Shown: positions 44,967-55,326 of the stretch, in pieces
Layout: each line of letters begins with the position of its first letter
Numbering within the stretch: position 1 is the stretch's first letter
From: an uncultured Verrucomicrobiales bacterium
GTDB taxonomy: Bacteria > Verrucomicrobiota > Verrucomicrobiia > Verrucomicrobiales > Akkermansiaceae
Length of the DNA: 64,000 nt
Direction: 5' to 3'
Assembly: GCA_937944055.1 (NCBI GenBank)
Contig: CALDZJ010000045.1
Location: 55,659 to 119,658 of the forward strand
Notes under the pieces: model-generated
Databases searched by the model: none
Seen by the model: only the letters and a program-made list of their open reading frames with translations
What the model was told of the DNA's origin: nothing
Made by a program: the position numbers and the translations under genes

Positions 44967-45503
44967 ATGCCCAAGATTCACTCCCACCATGAAGGACGCT
45001 ACCTCTCACTCCGAGAAATCGATGACTGGGAATTTGCAAGCCGACCGAACGCCACCGGAGTCGTCGGGATCTTTGCCCTCACCGACCAAGAAGAAGTCAT
45101 CCTCGTAGAGCAATACCGCCGCCCCATGCAGGCGCGAGTCCTCGAAATCTGCGCCGGACTCATCGGTGACGAAGCCGAATTCGCCGATGAAGAAATCATC
45201 GCCTGTGCTCAGCGTGAACTCCTCGAGGAAACCGGCTACACTCCGGGAAACATCTCACACCTCCTCAGCTCACCAACCTCAGCCGGAATGAGTGATGAAA
45301 TGACCCACCTCTTTTTTGCAGAAAATTGCCAAAAGACTGCCCCCGGCGGCGGAACCGCAGAAGAAGACATCACCACCCATCTCGTCCCCCTCCCACAGCT
45401 CGCCACCTTCCTCAAGGAGGCTTCCGACCGTGGACTCCTAATTGACTTCAAAATCCACTCATCTGTCGGACAACTCGCACTCGAAAAAGGTCAATCATTG
45501 TAA
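44967..45503 (+). CDS. NUDIX hydrolase (ADP-ribose pyrophosphatase-like)
   Basis: 178 aa with the Nudix box GLIGDEAEFADEEIIACAQRELLEETGY. Confidence 0.8.
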   Translation: MPKIHSHHEGRYLSLREIDDWEFASRPNATGVVGIFALTDQEEVILVEQYRRPMQARVLEICAGLIGDEAEFADEEIIACAQRELLEETGYTPGNISHLLSSPTSAGMSDEMTHLFFAENCQKTAPGGGTAEEDITTHLVPLPQLATFLKEASDRGLLIDFKIHSSVGQLALEKGQSL

Positions 45504-45575
45504 TAAAAAGAGACAAGTTTGTAATAGCCATTAATCTCCCTACGTAAACCCCTTCACTGAATCGATTCTTCTTAA

Positions 45576-48500
45576 ATGAAACGCCTAATCACTCTCCTTT
45601 CACTCTCGGCTTTCTCATTGCCCAGCTTTAGCAATGGCGAAGAGCTTCCTGACATCGTCGATTTCAACGATCATGTGCAGCCGATTCTCTCTGAATACTG
45701 TTACCACTGCCATGGCCCTGACTCCTCCACTCGAGCACCCAAGAAGAATCCACTGCGTCTCGATCGAGAGGAGTATGCCTTCCTGCTCCGTCCCAATGGC
45801 CAGCCCACCATCATTAAAGGCGACCCAGACGGCTCCGATTTTATCAAGCGCATCATCAGCACCGACATCAATGATGTCATGCCACCGCCAGAATCTCACA
45901 AAAAACCACTCAAGCCCGAAAAAGTCGCGCTCCTTAAAAAGTGGATCGAACAAGGCGCCCCGTACGAAGAACACTGGTCCTTCATCCCACCCACTCGCAG
46001 TGAAGTGCCAGAAATCGACTGGGGATATAATACGATTGATAAATTCATCGCCGCCAAACATCAGGAAAAGAACCTCGAGCCTAGCCCGACCGAGGAACCT
46101 GCCCGCCTCCTGAGGCGTCTAAGCTTCGACCTCACAGGCCTTCCACCAACGGCAGATGAAGTGGCCAGCTTCCGCGAAATGGCTGCAAAAGATCTCACCA
46201 CCGCGATCGAGCTCACCACCGCCAAGCTCCTCGCCACCGACTCCTACGCCGAGCACTTCGGCCGGCACTGGCTAGATGCCGCCCGCTACGGAGACACACA
46301 CGGCATCCACTACGATAACTACCGAGCCATCTGGCCTTACCGCGATTGGGTCATCGAGGCTTTCCGCCAAAACATGCCCTTTGATCAATTCACCCGCGAA
46401 CAAATCGCTGGCGACCTCATGCCAGATGCGAGCCTTGAGCAGAAAATCGCCACCGGCTTCAGCCGCTGCATTCCCACCACCGGAGAAGGTGGCGCCATCG
46501 AGAAAGAATATGAAGCCATCTATGCTTCAGACCAAGTGGCGACCACTTCCGCCGTATGGCTAGGGCTCACCACCGCTTGCGCCGCCTGTCATGATCACAA
46601 ATTTGACCCCATTTCTCAAAAGGACTTCTATGCCCTCACCGCCTTCTTCCGCAATACCACCATGCAAGCGATGGACCACAACAAGGCAGATCACCCACCG
46701 AATGTCTTCGCTCCAAGAATCGAGGACCGGGAGCGCTGGAACACGCTTAGCAAGCAAGTCAGTCAGATCGATCAAACTCTCGCAGAGCGCCGTAAGGAAG
46801 GCAGCGAAGACTTCGAGAATTGGCTCGCTGGACTGGAAGCACCTGCCTCCTTTATCAAAGCTGACCTCTCCCTTCCCCTCGTCGTCTCAGCCCAAAAAAT
46901 CACAGCTCATTCGGACGGAAAACATGAAAGCTTCGACTTCCCTCATAAAACGAACCGCGTGCCCGGACTTGGCGAAGTAACTCACATCTCAGGGATCAAC
47001 CTACCCCTAGGTGAACTCGCCATCTTCGATGCCCGCGATCAAGTCAGCCTCGGAGGCTTTATCTACCTCGATGGCCCGACGAACGGCCCCATCATCTCAC
47101 GCATGGATGACAGTTCTCAGCATCGCGGCTGGGACCTCTGGATCGAGAAAAACCGCATTGGCGCTCACATCATCGATCGCTGGCCTAACAAAGCGATCAA
47201 GGCAGTCAGCGACGAGCCACTCGAGGAAGGGAAATGGCATCACATCATGGTCACCTATGATGGACTAGCCCCAGCCGGTGAAAGTTTAACCATCTACCTC
47301 AACGGGAAAGCAGTCTCCTCCACGTACCAATCCAAAACGCAGGTCGACTCCCTTCTCACCAAGGTCCCGACCCGCCTCGGCGCACGCTCCCCGAGCCACG
47401 AACTCCGTGGATCCGCCGGCTTCCACGGCTTCCAATTCTTCAAACGGAAACTCAGCCCCCCTGAGATCGAAAAAGTAAGCCAACAGTCTTACCTCGACGG
47501 ACTCCTCGCCAGCACAGAAGGCAAAAAAAACACCGCTTTCACACAACTTCTCCGCGATCATTTCGTCAACACGATCGATCCCAAGACAAAAGAATTAGTT
47601 GCTAGCAAAACCCGCCTCCTCGATGAGTTGGACACCCTACGGACCCGTGGCTCAGCCACCTTAGTGATGGAGGAAAAAGAAGGGGATGCCTTTGCTCACA
47701 TTCTTGATCGTGGGGAATACTCGCTCGAAAAAGAAAAGGTTTACGCTGAGATCCCAGAGCTCTTCCAGACCGAAAAATCTGATCGCAAAAAATCCCGCCT
47801 GGATCTTGCCAACTGGCTCGTCTCCGAGAAAAACCCCCTCACCGCGCGCGTCACGGTGAACCGTATTTGGTATTATTTCTTCGGCAGCGGAATCGTCGAA
47901 ACGAACGAGGACTTCGGGATCATGGGAGCCCGCCCTTCTCACCAAGAACTTCTCGATTACCTCGCCCTCGAGCTCATGGAAAACGCCTGGGATCTTCAAC
48001 ACATCAAGAAGCTCATCACCAGCTCCGCCACCTACCAGCAATCTGGCAAGACCACCTCTGCCAACCGCGAGAAAGATCAAGAAAACATCTACCTCTGGCG
48101 CGCTCCCAGACATCGCCTAGAAGCAGAGCAAATCCGAGACTTGGCCCTCGCCTCCAGCGGCCTCCTCGTCGATCAAATTGGCGGCCCCTCCGTGAAGCCC
48201 TACCAACCTGACGGCCTCTGGGAATCAGTCGCCATGGTGGGTTCTGACACCCGCTTCTACAAACAAGATCAGGGTGACGGACTCTACCGCCGCTCCGTCT
48301 ACACCTTCGTAAAGCGCAACGCCGCTGCCCCTTCCATGGAGATTCTTAACGCGCCAAACCGGGAAGTCTTCTGCGTGCGCCGTGATCGCACCAACACCCC
48401 GCTTGCCGCCTTCGTCACCATGAATGACATCCAGTTCATCGAAAGCTCCCGCGCCCTCGCCACTCGCGCCATGAAGGTCAATGAATCGTTCAGCCAGCGC

Positions 48501-48737
48501 CTCGACTTCATCACCCTCGCCCTCATGGCACGCACCCTTAATAATGCAGAACAAGAGATCGTAAAAACTGCCTTCGATCATCATCTGGAATCCTATCAAG
48601 AGAAAAAAGACCTCGCTGCGCAACTCCTTGCGCTGGGCGAAAGCAAGGTCGACTCCTCCCTTGACCAAGCTCAGCTCGCTGCGTGGACCATGATTGCCTC
48701 ACAGATCTTCAACCTTGACGAAACCCTCACAAAATAA
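45576..48737 (+). CDS. PSCyt1/DUF1549/LamG/DUF1553 protein (planctomycete-type cytochrome c domain protein)
   Basis: 1053 aa with a signal peptide and the heme-binding motif CYHCHG. The DUF1549-like region has RRLSFDLTGLPPT. A LamG-like insert has GKWHHIMVTYDG. The DUF1553-like C-terminus has ACAACHDHKFDP earlier. Confidence 0.8.
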   Translation: MKRLITLLSLSAFSLPSFSNGEELPDIVDFNDHVQPILSEYCYHCHGPDSSTRAPKKNPLRLDREEYAFLLRPNGQPTIIKGDPDGSDFIKRIISTDINDVMPPPESHKKPLKPEKVALLKKWIEQGAPYEEHWSFIPPTRSEVPEIDWGYNTIDKFIAAKHQEKNLEPSPTEEPARLLRRLSFDLTGLPPTADEVASFREMAAKDLTTAIELTTAKLLATDSYAEHFGRHWLDAARYGDTHGIHYDNYRAIWPYRDWVIEAFRQNMPFDQFTREQIAGDLMPDASLEQKIATGFSRCIPTTGEGGAIEKEYEAIYASDQVATTSAVWLGLTTACAACHDHKFDPISQKDFYALTAFFRNTTMQAMDHNKADHPPNVFAPRIEDRERWNTLSKQVSQIDQTLAERRKEGSEDFENWLAGLEAPASFIKADLSLPLVVSAQKITAHSDGKHESFDFPHKTNRVPGLGEVTHISGINLPLGELAIFDARDQVSLGGFIYLDGPTNGPIISRMDDSSQHRGWDLWIEKNRIGAHIIDRWPNKAIKAVSDEPLEEGKWHHIMVTYDGLAPAGESLTIYLNGKAVSSTYQSKTQVDSLLTKVPTRLGARSPSHELRGSAGFHGFQFFKRKLSPPEIEKVSQQSYLDGLLASTEGKKNTAFTQLLRDHFVNTIDPKTKELVASKTRLLDELDTLRTRGSATLVMEEKEGDAFAHILDRGEYSLEKEKVYAEIPELFQTEKSDRKKSRLDLANWLVSEKNPLTARVTVNRIWYYFFGSGIVETNEDFGIMGARPSHQELLDYLALELMENAWDLQHIKKLITSSATYQQSGKTTSANREKDQENIYLWRAPRHRLEAEQIRDLALASSGLLVDQIGGPSVKPYQPDGLWESVAMVGSDTRFYKQDQGDGLYRRSVYTFVKRNAAAPSMEILNAPNREVFCVRRDRTNTPLAAFVTMNDIQFIESSRALATRAMKVNESFSQRLDFITLALMARTLNNAEQEIVKTAFDHHLESYQEKKDLAAQLLALGESKVDSSLDQAQLAAWTMIASQIFNLDETLTK

Positions 48738-48740
48738 GCT

Positions 48741-50195
48741 ATGAACACGATTGCCGATTTCAACGCCGCCGTTTCTCGACGCCAGTTTTTCCGCAAGAAT
48801 GGCATCGGTCTCGGAGCCGCCTCACTCGCCACCCTGCTCCCCGGGAACCTTAGCGGGCTCTCGAATGCAGCCGTTCCCGAGGAGCTCAAAAAAGTCGCCC
48901 CGAAGGCGAAGAGAGTCATTTTCCTCTCCATGCTCGGAGCCCCCAGCCAGCTCGACCTCTTCGACTACAAGCCGAAGCTCAAAGAGCGCTTTGCTGAGGA
49001 CCTCGGCGGCTATTTAAAAGAGCAAGGTCAACGCCTCACCGGCATGACTTCTGAGCAAGCCAAGTTCCCCCTCGCCCCTTCTCTCTTTAAGTTTAAGCAA
49101 CACGGGAAATCCGGCGCTTGGGTCTCAGAACTCCTCCCTTACACCGCTAAGATGGTCGATGACATCACCATCGTAAAGTCGATGAACACGGAGGCCATCA
49201 ACCATGAACCCGCCAACCAACTCTGCTACACCGGAAGCCAACAGAACGGAAAGCCCTCACTCGGTTCCTGGCTCGCCTACGGACTCGGATCACAAAATCA
49301 AGACCTTCCCAACTTCGTAGTCCTGCATGCCCAGCACACGGGCCCCGGAAACGTCCAAGCAATCTCTTCCCGTCTATGGGGCTCCGGCTTCCTTCCCGGA
49401 AAGCACGCAGGCGTTGCCTTCCGCTCAAAAGGCGACCCGGTTCTCTTCCTGCGAGATGCTCCCGGGATCGACCGTGATCTCCGGCGTAAAATGCTCGATA
49501 GCCTAAACACGCTGAACCAAAAATCATACGATGTCGTCGGAGATGCTGAGATTCAGACCCGCATGCAGCAATATGAAATGGCCTTCCGCATGCAGGCCTC
49601 CGTCCCTGAGCTTTCAGACCTCTCTTCCGAGGACGAAAAGACCCGTGAAATGTATGGGCCACAGGCCAATACCTCTGGCTCCTTTGCCAGCTCATGCATT
49701 CTTGCTCGTCGCATGATGGAGCGCGGAGTGCAGTTCGTGCAGATCTTCCACCGTGGTTGGGATCAACACAGCAACCTTCCCGCTCACATCAAACCGCAGT
49801 GTGAGGACATTGATCAGCCCTGCTGGGCCCTCATTCAAGACCTCAAGCAACGCGGGATGCTTGATGATACTCTCGTCATCTGGGGTGGCGAATTTGGCCG
49901 CACCGTTTACTCACAGGGTCAATTAACTGAAAGCGACTACGGCCGGGACCACCACCCGCGCGCCTTCACCATGTGGATGGCTGGCGGTGGGGTCAAAGCG
50001 GGCGAGATCTACGGAGAGACGGATGACTTCGGCTATAACATCACCGAGAACCCAGTTCACATCAGCGACCTGCACACCACCATCCTACACCAACTTGGGA
50101 TCGATCACCACAAGCTCACCTTCAAGTATCAAGGACTGGATCAAAAACTGACAGGAGTAAATCCTACCAAAGTCATCACAGACATTCTCGGATAA
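48741..50195 (+). CDS. DUF1501 (sulfatase/phosphatase-fold) protein with Tat signal
   Basis: 484 aa with the twin-arginine signal [26 protein letters not shown] and GRDHHP are typical of DUF1501. It starts 3 nt after the DUF1553 gene. Confidence 0.8.
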   Translation: MNTIADFNAAVSRRQFFRKNGIGLGAASLATLLPGNLSGLSNAAVPEELKKVAPKAKRVIFLSMLGAPSQLDLFDYKPKLKERFAEDLGGYLKEQGQRLTGMTSEQAKFPLAPSLFKFKQHGKSGAWVSELLPYTAKMVDDITIVKSMNTEAINHEPANQLCYTGSQQNGKPSLGSWLAYGLGSQNQDLPNFVVLHAQHTGPGNVQAISSRLWGSGFLPGKHAGVAFRSKGDPVLFLRDAPGIDRDLRRKMLDSLNTLNQKSYDVVGDAEIQTRMQQYEMAFRMQASVPELSDLSSEDEKTREMYGPQANTSGSFASSCILARRMMERGVQFVQIFHRGWDQHSNLPAHIKPQCEDIDQPCWALIQDLKQRGMLDDTLVIWGGEFGRTVYSQGQLTESDYGRDHHPRAFTMWMAGGGVKAGEIYGETDDFGYNITENPVHISDLHTTILHQLGIDHHKLTFKYQGLDQKLTGVNPTKVITDILG

Positions 50196-50330
50196 AACAA
50201 AGCCCGCAAGCCCGGAAAAACGGAGTCAACAGAGGGAGGGCAGAACATCCCTCCACACCATCTACCCCCTTCAATGCGGCACTACGGCATTTCCTTGTGG
50301 TGGGGAGACGTTTTCCCTAGCTTGAACGCG

Positions 50331-50546
50331 ATGCGAAAAGATCCCCTCACAATTTCCATGATCATTGCAAGTCTTTCGCTTGCCACCCTTCTTTCCTCCT
50401 GCGCCCTCATTACCACCCCCGTAAAGGTGATCGGGAAAGCTGCCACCACCAGCATCGGGCTGGCTGGTAAGACTGCCGGAGCAGGGATCAATGCCCTCTC
50501 GTCAAAGCCCTCAAAATCTTCAGATCCCTCAGATTCCGAGAAATAA
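50331..50546 (+). CDS. small lipoprotein (hypothetical)
   Basis: MRKDPLTISMIIASLSLATLLSSC carries a lipobox (LLSSC). The mature part is Gly/Ala/Ser-rich. The ORF-track start at 50274 is probably too far upstream. Confidence 0.45.
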   Translation: MRKDPLTISMIIASLSLATLLSSCALITTPVKVIGKAATTSIGLAGKTAGAGINALSSKPSKSSDPSDSEK

Positions 50547-50600
50547 AAGTAGGGCCTCCCCTGTCACAAAATGAGCGGAACTCACTCAGATGAGAGCAAG

Positions 50601-50966
50601 CTAGCTCTCATCCTCCTCTGCTGGAGGAGCGGTGGGTAGTTTATCAACCTCATCGAGAAGATTGACCACGTCCACCCCACGCAGTGCAGAAGCATCTTCA
50701 CGGAAGCTGAGGACCGGAGTGCTCCGCATCGTGACGCGCTTCGCGACCTTGCTTTGGATAAAGCCGCGTTTCCGCGAAAGTTGATCCAAGATGCCCGGAG
50801 TGGAGCCTCCTAGAATACTCACGAAGACTTTTGCCTCCTTAAGATCTTGCGTGACGTCAACATCGGTAATGGTGACCAAGGCTTGATTCCACTCAAAGTC
50901 ACGCTGGACCACGGCGCTGATCTCACGCCGTAATAGCTCGTTCACTCGGTCCAGACGCTTTGCCAT
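50601..50966 (-). CDS. rbfA: ribosome-binding factor A
   Basis: 121 aa. RVNELLRREISAVVQRD...VTITDVDVTQDLKEAKVFVS is the RbfA KH-like signature. It lies directly downstream of infB. Confidence 0.9.
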   Translation of the reverse strand: MAKRLDRVNELLRREISAVVQRDFEWNQALVTITDVDVTQDLKEAKVFVSILGGSTPGILDQLSRKRGFIQSKVAKRVTMRSTPVLSFREDASALRGVDVVNLLDEVDKLPTAPPAEEDES

Positions 50967-50969
50967 CGC

Positions 50970-53096
50970 TTAGAGGGTCTGGTCGATCTTATCGAGAGTG
51001 TAGCACTCGATGACATCGCCTTCTTCATAGTCATTGAAATTACCGAGGCGGATTCCGCACTCGATTCCCTGCTTCACCTCATCCACCTCATCAGTGAGGC
51101 GGCGCAGGGTGGACATCTTGCCATCGAAGACCGGCTGCTTGCCACGCAGAACTCGCGCATGAGCCTTGCGGGTGACTTTGCCACTCTTGATGACACAACC
51201 AGCGGCTCGCCCACCGTTGACCTTGAAGACTTTCTTTACGGAGGCCCGGCCGATCACCGTCTCACGCACCTCAGGATCGAGGAGCCCCAGCATGGAGTCC
51301 TTCACTTGGTCGATGAGTTCGTAAACGATCGAGTAGAGCTTCACCTGCACTCCTTCAGCCTTCGCCGCTTTCACCGCTTTACCGTCCACCTTGACATTGA
51401 AACCGAGAATGATGGCATCCGCCGAACTCGCCATGAGAACATCGGATTCATTAATCGCGCCGGCTCCGGCAATCAGGAAATTTGCCTCCACCTTCTTGGA
51501 ATCGATTTCGAGGATGGCATTCTTTATGGCCTCGGCAGTTCCCTGCACATCGGAGCGCAGGATGAGCTTCAACTGAGCCTTCCCTCCACCGGAGACGGCC
51601 GTAAGCATGTCTTCAAGCCGGTTTTTCTTAGGGGCATCAAGACGATTCTTGCGCTGCTCATCCATCCGCTCGGCGGAGAGCTTTTTAGCGGCGCGCTCAC
51701 TCTCCATTCCGACGAGGGAATCTCCGACATTTGGCAACTCTGCAAAGCCGAGAACCTCTACGGGAGTGGAGGGGCCAGCGGCTTTGACCTGCTCACCATT
51801 TTCATCGAGCAGGAGTTTCACCTTGCCCGCGAAGGGGCCACAGATGAAGGGTTGGCCATTTTTGAGGGTCCCACTTTCGACAATGACGGTGGCGGTATTG
51901 CCACGCCCTGCCTTCACACTGGCCTCGATCACTGAAGCGCGGACGTTGGCCTTGGGATTTGCGCGGAGTTCTAGGACCTCAGCTTGTAAGGCCATGAGCT
52001 CTAAGAGTTCATCCACCCCTTCTCCAGTCTGAGCTGAGACTTTGACACACTCGGTGTCGCCGCCCATTTCAGAAGGCACCAGGTCATGCTCCATCAGCTG
52101 AGTCATGACACGCATGGGGTCCGCAGCGGGGAGATCAATTTTATTAATCGCGACGATGATCGATTTCTCTGCCGCTTTCGCGTGCTTAATGGCCTCCTCG
52201 GTCTGAGGCATGATGCCATCATCAGCGGCGACAATGATGACTACGATGTCAGTGACATCGGCACCGCGTGCACGCATCTTTGAGAAAATCGCGTGACCGG
52301 GGGTGTCAAGGAAGGTGACGCTGCGCTCACCATGCTTCACGCTGTATGCGCCGACATGCTGAGTGATGCCGCCAGCCTCCCCAGAGGCGACCTTGGCCTT
52401 ACGGATATGGTCGAGAAGTGAGGTTTTGCCATGATCGACATGCCCCATAAAAGTGATAATGGGAGCGCGGTAGGCCATTTGCTCCTCGGGTTCCTCTTCC
52501 GCTGCTTCTGGCTCCTCGAAGACCTCGACTTCTTTATGAACGCCACTCCCTTTTTCGCGCTTTTCACGCTCGAAGACGAAGCCGTGGGCCTCACAAACCT
52601 TCTCGGCAATCTCGGGCTCGATAGCCTGCGTGGGTGCGACAAAAATCTCGAGCTTGATGAGATCTGCCATAATCTCGAAGGGTAATTTACCCATCTTCTC
52701 GGCCAGATCACTGACGATGATGGGAGGCTTAATGCTGATGACATTTCCCTCGACCGAACTGGCGTCTTCCGCAGAACCTTCTGATTCAGCGGGCTCCTTA
52801 GATTCCGCAGAAGGCTCTGCGGCTTTGACAAATTCTGGATCTTTCTTGTCCTCGGAGCGGTTCGAGATACTCGGAACGACTCTTTTCCCCGAGCTCTTCG
52901 TCTTACGGACCGTTTTTTTCTTCGGCTGATCGTCGTCGATCCCTAGATCGAGAGCGGCCTTCTTTTTATCATCCACAGTCTGAACCTTGGACGCCTCCTG
53001 ACGCTGGCGCTCACGGCGTGAGGGCTTAGGTTTCTCGCTCAAGAGATCGAGAACTTCGTCTTTTTTGGAGTCTTTTTTTTCTTTGTCGTCGGCCAT
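50970..53096 (-). CDS. infB: translation initiation factor IF-2
   Basis: 708 aa with G-domain motifs GHVDHGKTSLLD, DTPGH and NKID, and a basic/acidic N-terminal region. Confidence 0.95.
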   Translation of the reverse strand: MADDKEKKDSKKDEVLDLLSEKPKPSRRERQRQEASKVQTVDDKKKAALDLGIDDDQPKKKTVRKTKSSGKRVVPSISNRSEDKKDPEFVKAAEPSAESKEPAESEGSAEDASSVEGNVISIKPPIIVSDLAEKMGKLPFEIMADLIKLEIFVAPTQAIEPEIAEKVCEAHGFVFEREKREKGSGVHKEVEVFEEPEAAEEEPEEQMAYRAPIITFMGHVDHGKTSLLDHIRKAKVASGEAGGITQHVGAYSVKHGERSVTFLDTPGHAIFSKMRARGADVTDIVVIIVAADDGIMPQTEEAIKHAKAAEKSIIVAINKIDLPAADPMRVMTQLMEHDLVPSEMGGDTECVKVSAQTGEGVDELLELMALQAEVLELRANPKANVRASVIEASVKAGRGNTATVIVESGTLKNGQPFICGPFAGKVKLLLDENGEQVKAAGPSTPVEVLGFAELPNVGDSLVGMESERAAKKLSAERMDEQRKNRLDAPKKNRLEDMLTAVSGGGKAQLKLILRSDVQGTAEAIKNAILEIDSKKVEANFLIAGAGAINESDVLMASSADAIILGFNVKVDGKAVKAAKAEGVQVKLYSIVYELIDQVKDSMLGLLDPEVRETVIGRASVKKVFKVNGGRAAGCVIKSGKVTRKAHARVLRGKQPVFDGKMSTLRRLTDEVDEVKQGIECGIRLGNFNDYEEGDVIECYTLDKIDQTL

Positions 53097-53171
53097 TCTA
53101 ATGCGGGTCGTTCAGGTGGGGAGGAATTTAAAATTCGAAGTTTTGGGAGGTCGTTTTCTTCAGGGAAGATT

Positions 53172-54512
53172 CTAGCTCTCGCTGTTCTCGTCAGCGAGAG
53201 GGGCGACGGGGTCTGGAGTGGCCACAGATTCTTCTGGGGCGGCAGATTCTTCTGGGGCGCCCCCTCCTTGTGAGGCGGTGAGAATGCGCTCAGCTTCTTC
53301 AAGATCGACTTCTAAGGCGGAGGCGATGTATGAGGCGGGCATTTGTGTCACCATATCGACAGTGACTCCACCAGCGCGGAAAAGTTTATCAGCTAAGAGC
53401 GGCTCAAGTCCGAGAGTTTCGGCAAGGTGGGAGGCGGCGTCACCGACGCGAGCTTCAAACTGCTCGTGCTGGCTCTCGTCCTTGCGGACTTGGACATCCC
53501 ATCCCGTGAGCTTGGAGGTGAGGCGGGCGTTTTGCCCACGGCGGCCGATCGCCTTGGAAAGATCTTCTTCATCCACCGTGATATTGACGACCTTGTTCTC
53601 TTCATCAAGGGAGATGCTGCGAACGATCGCGGGCTTCAGCGCTTCGGAGACGAACTCGGTGATGTCGTCATTCCAGCGAATGATGTCTACGCGCTCGTTG
53701 TTCAGCTCGCGGACGATGTTTTTCACTCGGGCTCCTCGGAGTCCCACGCAAGCGCCGACTGGGTCAACCTTATCATCATGAGTGAAAACGGCGACTTTCG
53801 TCCGGTAGCCGGCCTCACGGGCCACGGCCCGCAACTCGACGGTGCGGTCAGAAATCTCAGCGACCTCGGACTCGAAGAGGCGGCGCACGAAATTCGGGTG
53901 ACTACGCGAGAGGATAATCTCAGGTCCCCGTCCCTCGTTATCGACCGAGACGACGTAGCAGCGGATGCGGTCACCGACATTGTAATCTTCCGTTCCGACC
54001 CGCTCCTTAGAGGGCATGCGGGCTTCAAATTTCCCGAGGTCCACCATCACATCGCTCTTTTCAAAGCGGCGCACTGAGCCGCTCACAATGTCACCGGCAC
54101 GGTCCTTAAACTCGTCATAGATTTTCTCTTTCTCGGCTTGGCGGAGCCGCTGCATCATCGTCTGCTTGGCGGTTTGCACTGCGATGCGGCCGAAGTTCTT
54201 TGGCGTGACGTCAAAATCCACGCGATCACCGATCACGGAGCCGGGCTCTTTTTTAGTAGCGAGCGCTAGCGGGACTTCATTAAATTTATCGATGTAGTCA
54301 TCATCTGCGACCACTTCAAGGCTCGCAAAAATGCGCGTATCTCCCTTTTTCTCGTTAATTTCAGCGCGGAGGGTTTCGATCGCATCGGCCCCGGGGACCA
54401 TTTTCCGGTATGCTGAGCAGAAGGCGTATTCCAGCGCTTCGACGACGCGTGCGCGCTCGATGGCCTTTTCCTTTTCGTAGAACTCGATGAGAGCGACAAT
54501 ATCGGTAGTCAT
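53172..54512 (-). CDS. nusA: transcription termination/antitermination factor NusA
   Basis: 446 aa with the N-terminal RNAP-binding domain, S1 and two KH domains (GACVGLRGARV, AIGRRGQNARL), and an acidic C-terminus. Confidence 0.93.
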   Translation of the reverse strand: MTTDIVALIEFYEKEKAIERARVVEALEYAFCSAYRKMVPGADAIETLRAEINEKKGDTRIFASLEVVADDDYIDKFNEVPLALATKKEPGSVIGDRVDFDVTPKNFGRIAVQTAKQTMMQRLRQAEKEKIYDEFKDRAGDIVSGSVRRFEKSDVMVDLGKFEARMPSKERVGTEDYNVGDRIRCYVVSVDNEGRGPEIILSRSHPNFVRRLFESEVAEISDRTVELRAVAREAGYRTKVAVFTHDDKVDPVGACVGLRGARVKNIVRELNNERVDIIRWNDDITEFVSEALKPAIVRSISLDEENKVVNITVDEEDLSKAIGRRGQNARLTSKLTGWDVQVRKDESQHEQFEARVGDAASHLAETLGLEPLLADKLFRAGGVTVDMVTQMPASYIASALEVDLEEAERILTASQGGGAPEESAAPEESVATPDPVAPLADENSES

Positions 54513-54542
54513 TGCAAATTCGTGGGTTCCTGAGACGACAAA

Positions 54543-54564
54543 GAGCGGGTTAGAAAACCCACTC
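54543..54564 (-). terminator. hairpin between the DUF1080 gene and nusA (weak terminator or nusA leader structure)
   Basis: The minus-strand RNA GAGUGGGUU-UUCU-AACCCGCUC forms a 9-bp stem with one G-U pair, followed by UUUG. Confidence 0.35.
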
Positions 54565-54625
54565 CTTACTGACGTCAGAAGTTGTTACGGCCTTGCGTAG
54601 CGCCTTCCTTCAAAAAAGACAAGTC

Positions 54626-55285
54626 CTAATCAGCGAGAGCGCGCCACCTGAGGCCTCGGATCTCTGAGGCAGTTTGCCAAGCCGCTAGGCCGAGTGGCGC
54701 GCAGGCCTCGATCAGCCCGGGACGGAGCCCTAACTGGCGCCCTTTGGTTGGCAAATCCACGACTGCTTCGCCATCGATCAGGACCTCGAGGCGCCCGCTC
54801 TCGACCCGCAGCCGTATCGCATACCATTTCCCGCTCTCAAAATGGCTGTAGGAGGTCGTTTCATTCTCCGAGGCATCTTTCCCATCGATCGAGGAAATCC
54901 CGACCGTTCCCCCACCCCATCCTCCTACGATCAAGGTCAGACATTCATCTGGCGAAGCGACTGGGAAGGTCAAGCCGCAGAAAAAGTCCGCTCCGCTCAC
55001 CTTTCGAGCTTCCAACTCCAGCTCGTAGGGTATTTTTGGCAAATCCCCCCTATATTGAGTGCCGGTGAGTTCTACTCCAGCATCGAGCCGGAGCACGCCC
55101 TCGCTCCACTGCGCGGAGCCTTCTCCGCCGAATTGAATTTCATGCCAATTTTCCGAGTCTGGATGAAGCCAGAGCGGGCTCACGGCATCCACCTGCCCAG
55201 CGTCCTCCTTCTGCCGCCCGACTGGAGAGGATTCACAAGAAGCCAAAACGAGGGCTAGCGCCAGTGGTGGAAAAGTTCTCATCAT
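54626..55285 (-). CDS. DUF1080 (3-keto-disaccharide hydrolase-like, ConA-fold) lipoprotein
   Basis: 219 aa with the lipobox LVLASC. WSEGVLRLDAG...YELELEARKVSGADFFCGLTFP...KWYAIRLRV follows the DUF1080 pattern. Confidence 0.55.
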   Translation of the reverse strand: MMRTFPPLALALVLASCESSPVGRQKEDAGQVDAVSPLWLHPDSENWHEIQFGGEGSAQWSEGVLRLDAGVELTGTQYRGDLPKIPYELELEARKVSGADFFCGLTFPVASPDECLTLIVGGWGGGTVGISSIDGKDASENETTSYSHFESGKWYAIRLRVESGRLEVLIDGEAVVDLPTKGRQLGLRPGLIEACAPLGLAAWQTASEIRGLRWRALAD

Positions 55286-55326
55286 TTCTTTGGCATGGGA
55301 AGCTAGGAGGAGCCCCTCTTACTCAC

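Noticed and set aside
53127-53139. AT-rich palindrome gaatttaaaattc in the nusA-infB spacer.
   Set aside because: It is short and AT-only, and is expected by chance. There is no supporting context.
54513-54625. Absence of rimP upstream of nusA (the classical operon is rimP-nusA-infB-rbfA).
   Set aside because: The upstream gene is a DUF1080 lipoprotein, and a hairpin separates them. rimP may simply be elsewhere, so this is a synteny note and not evidence of anything unusual.
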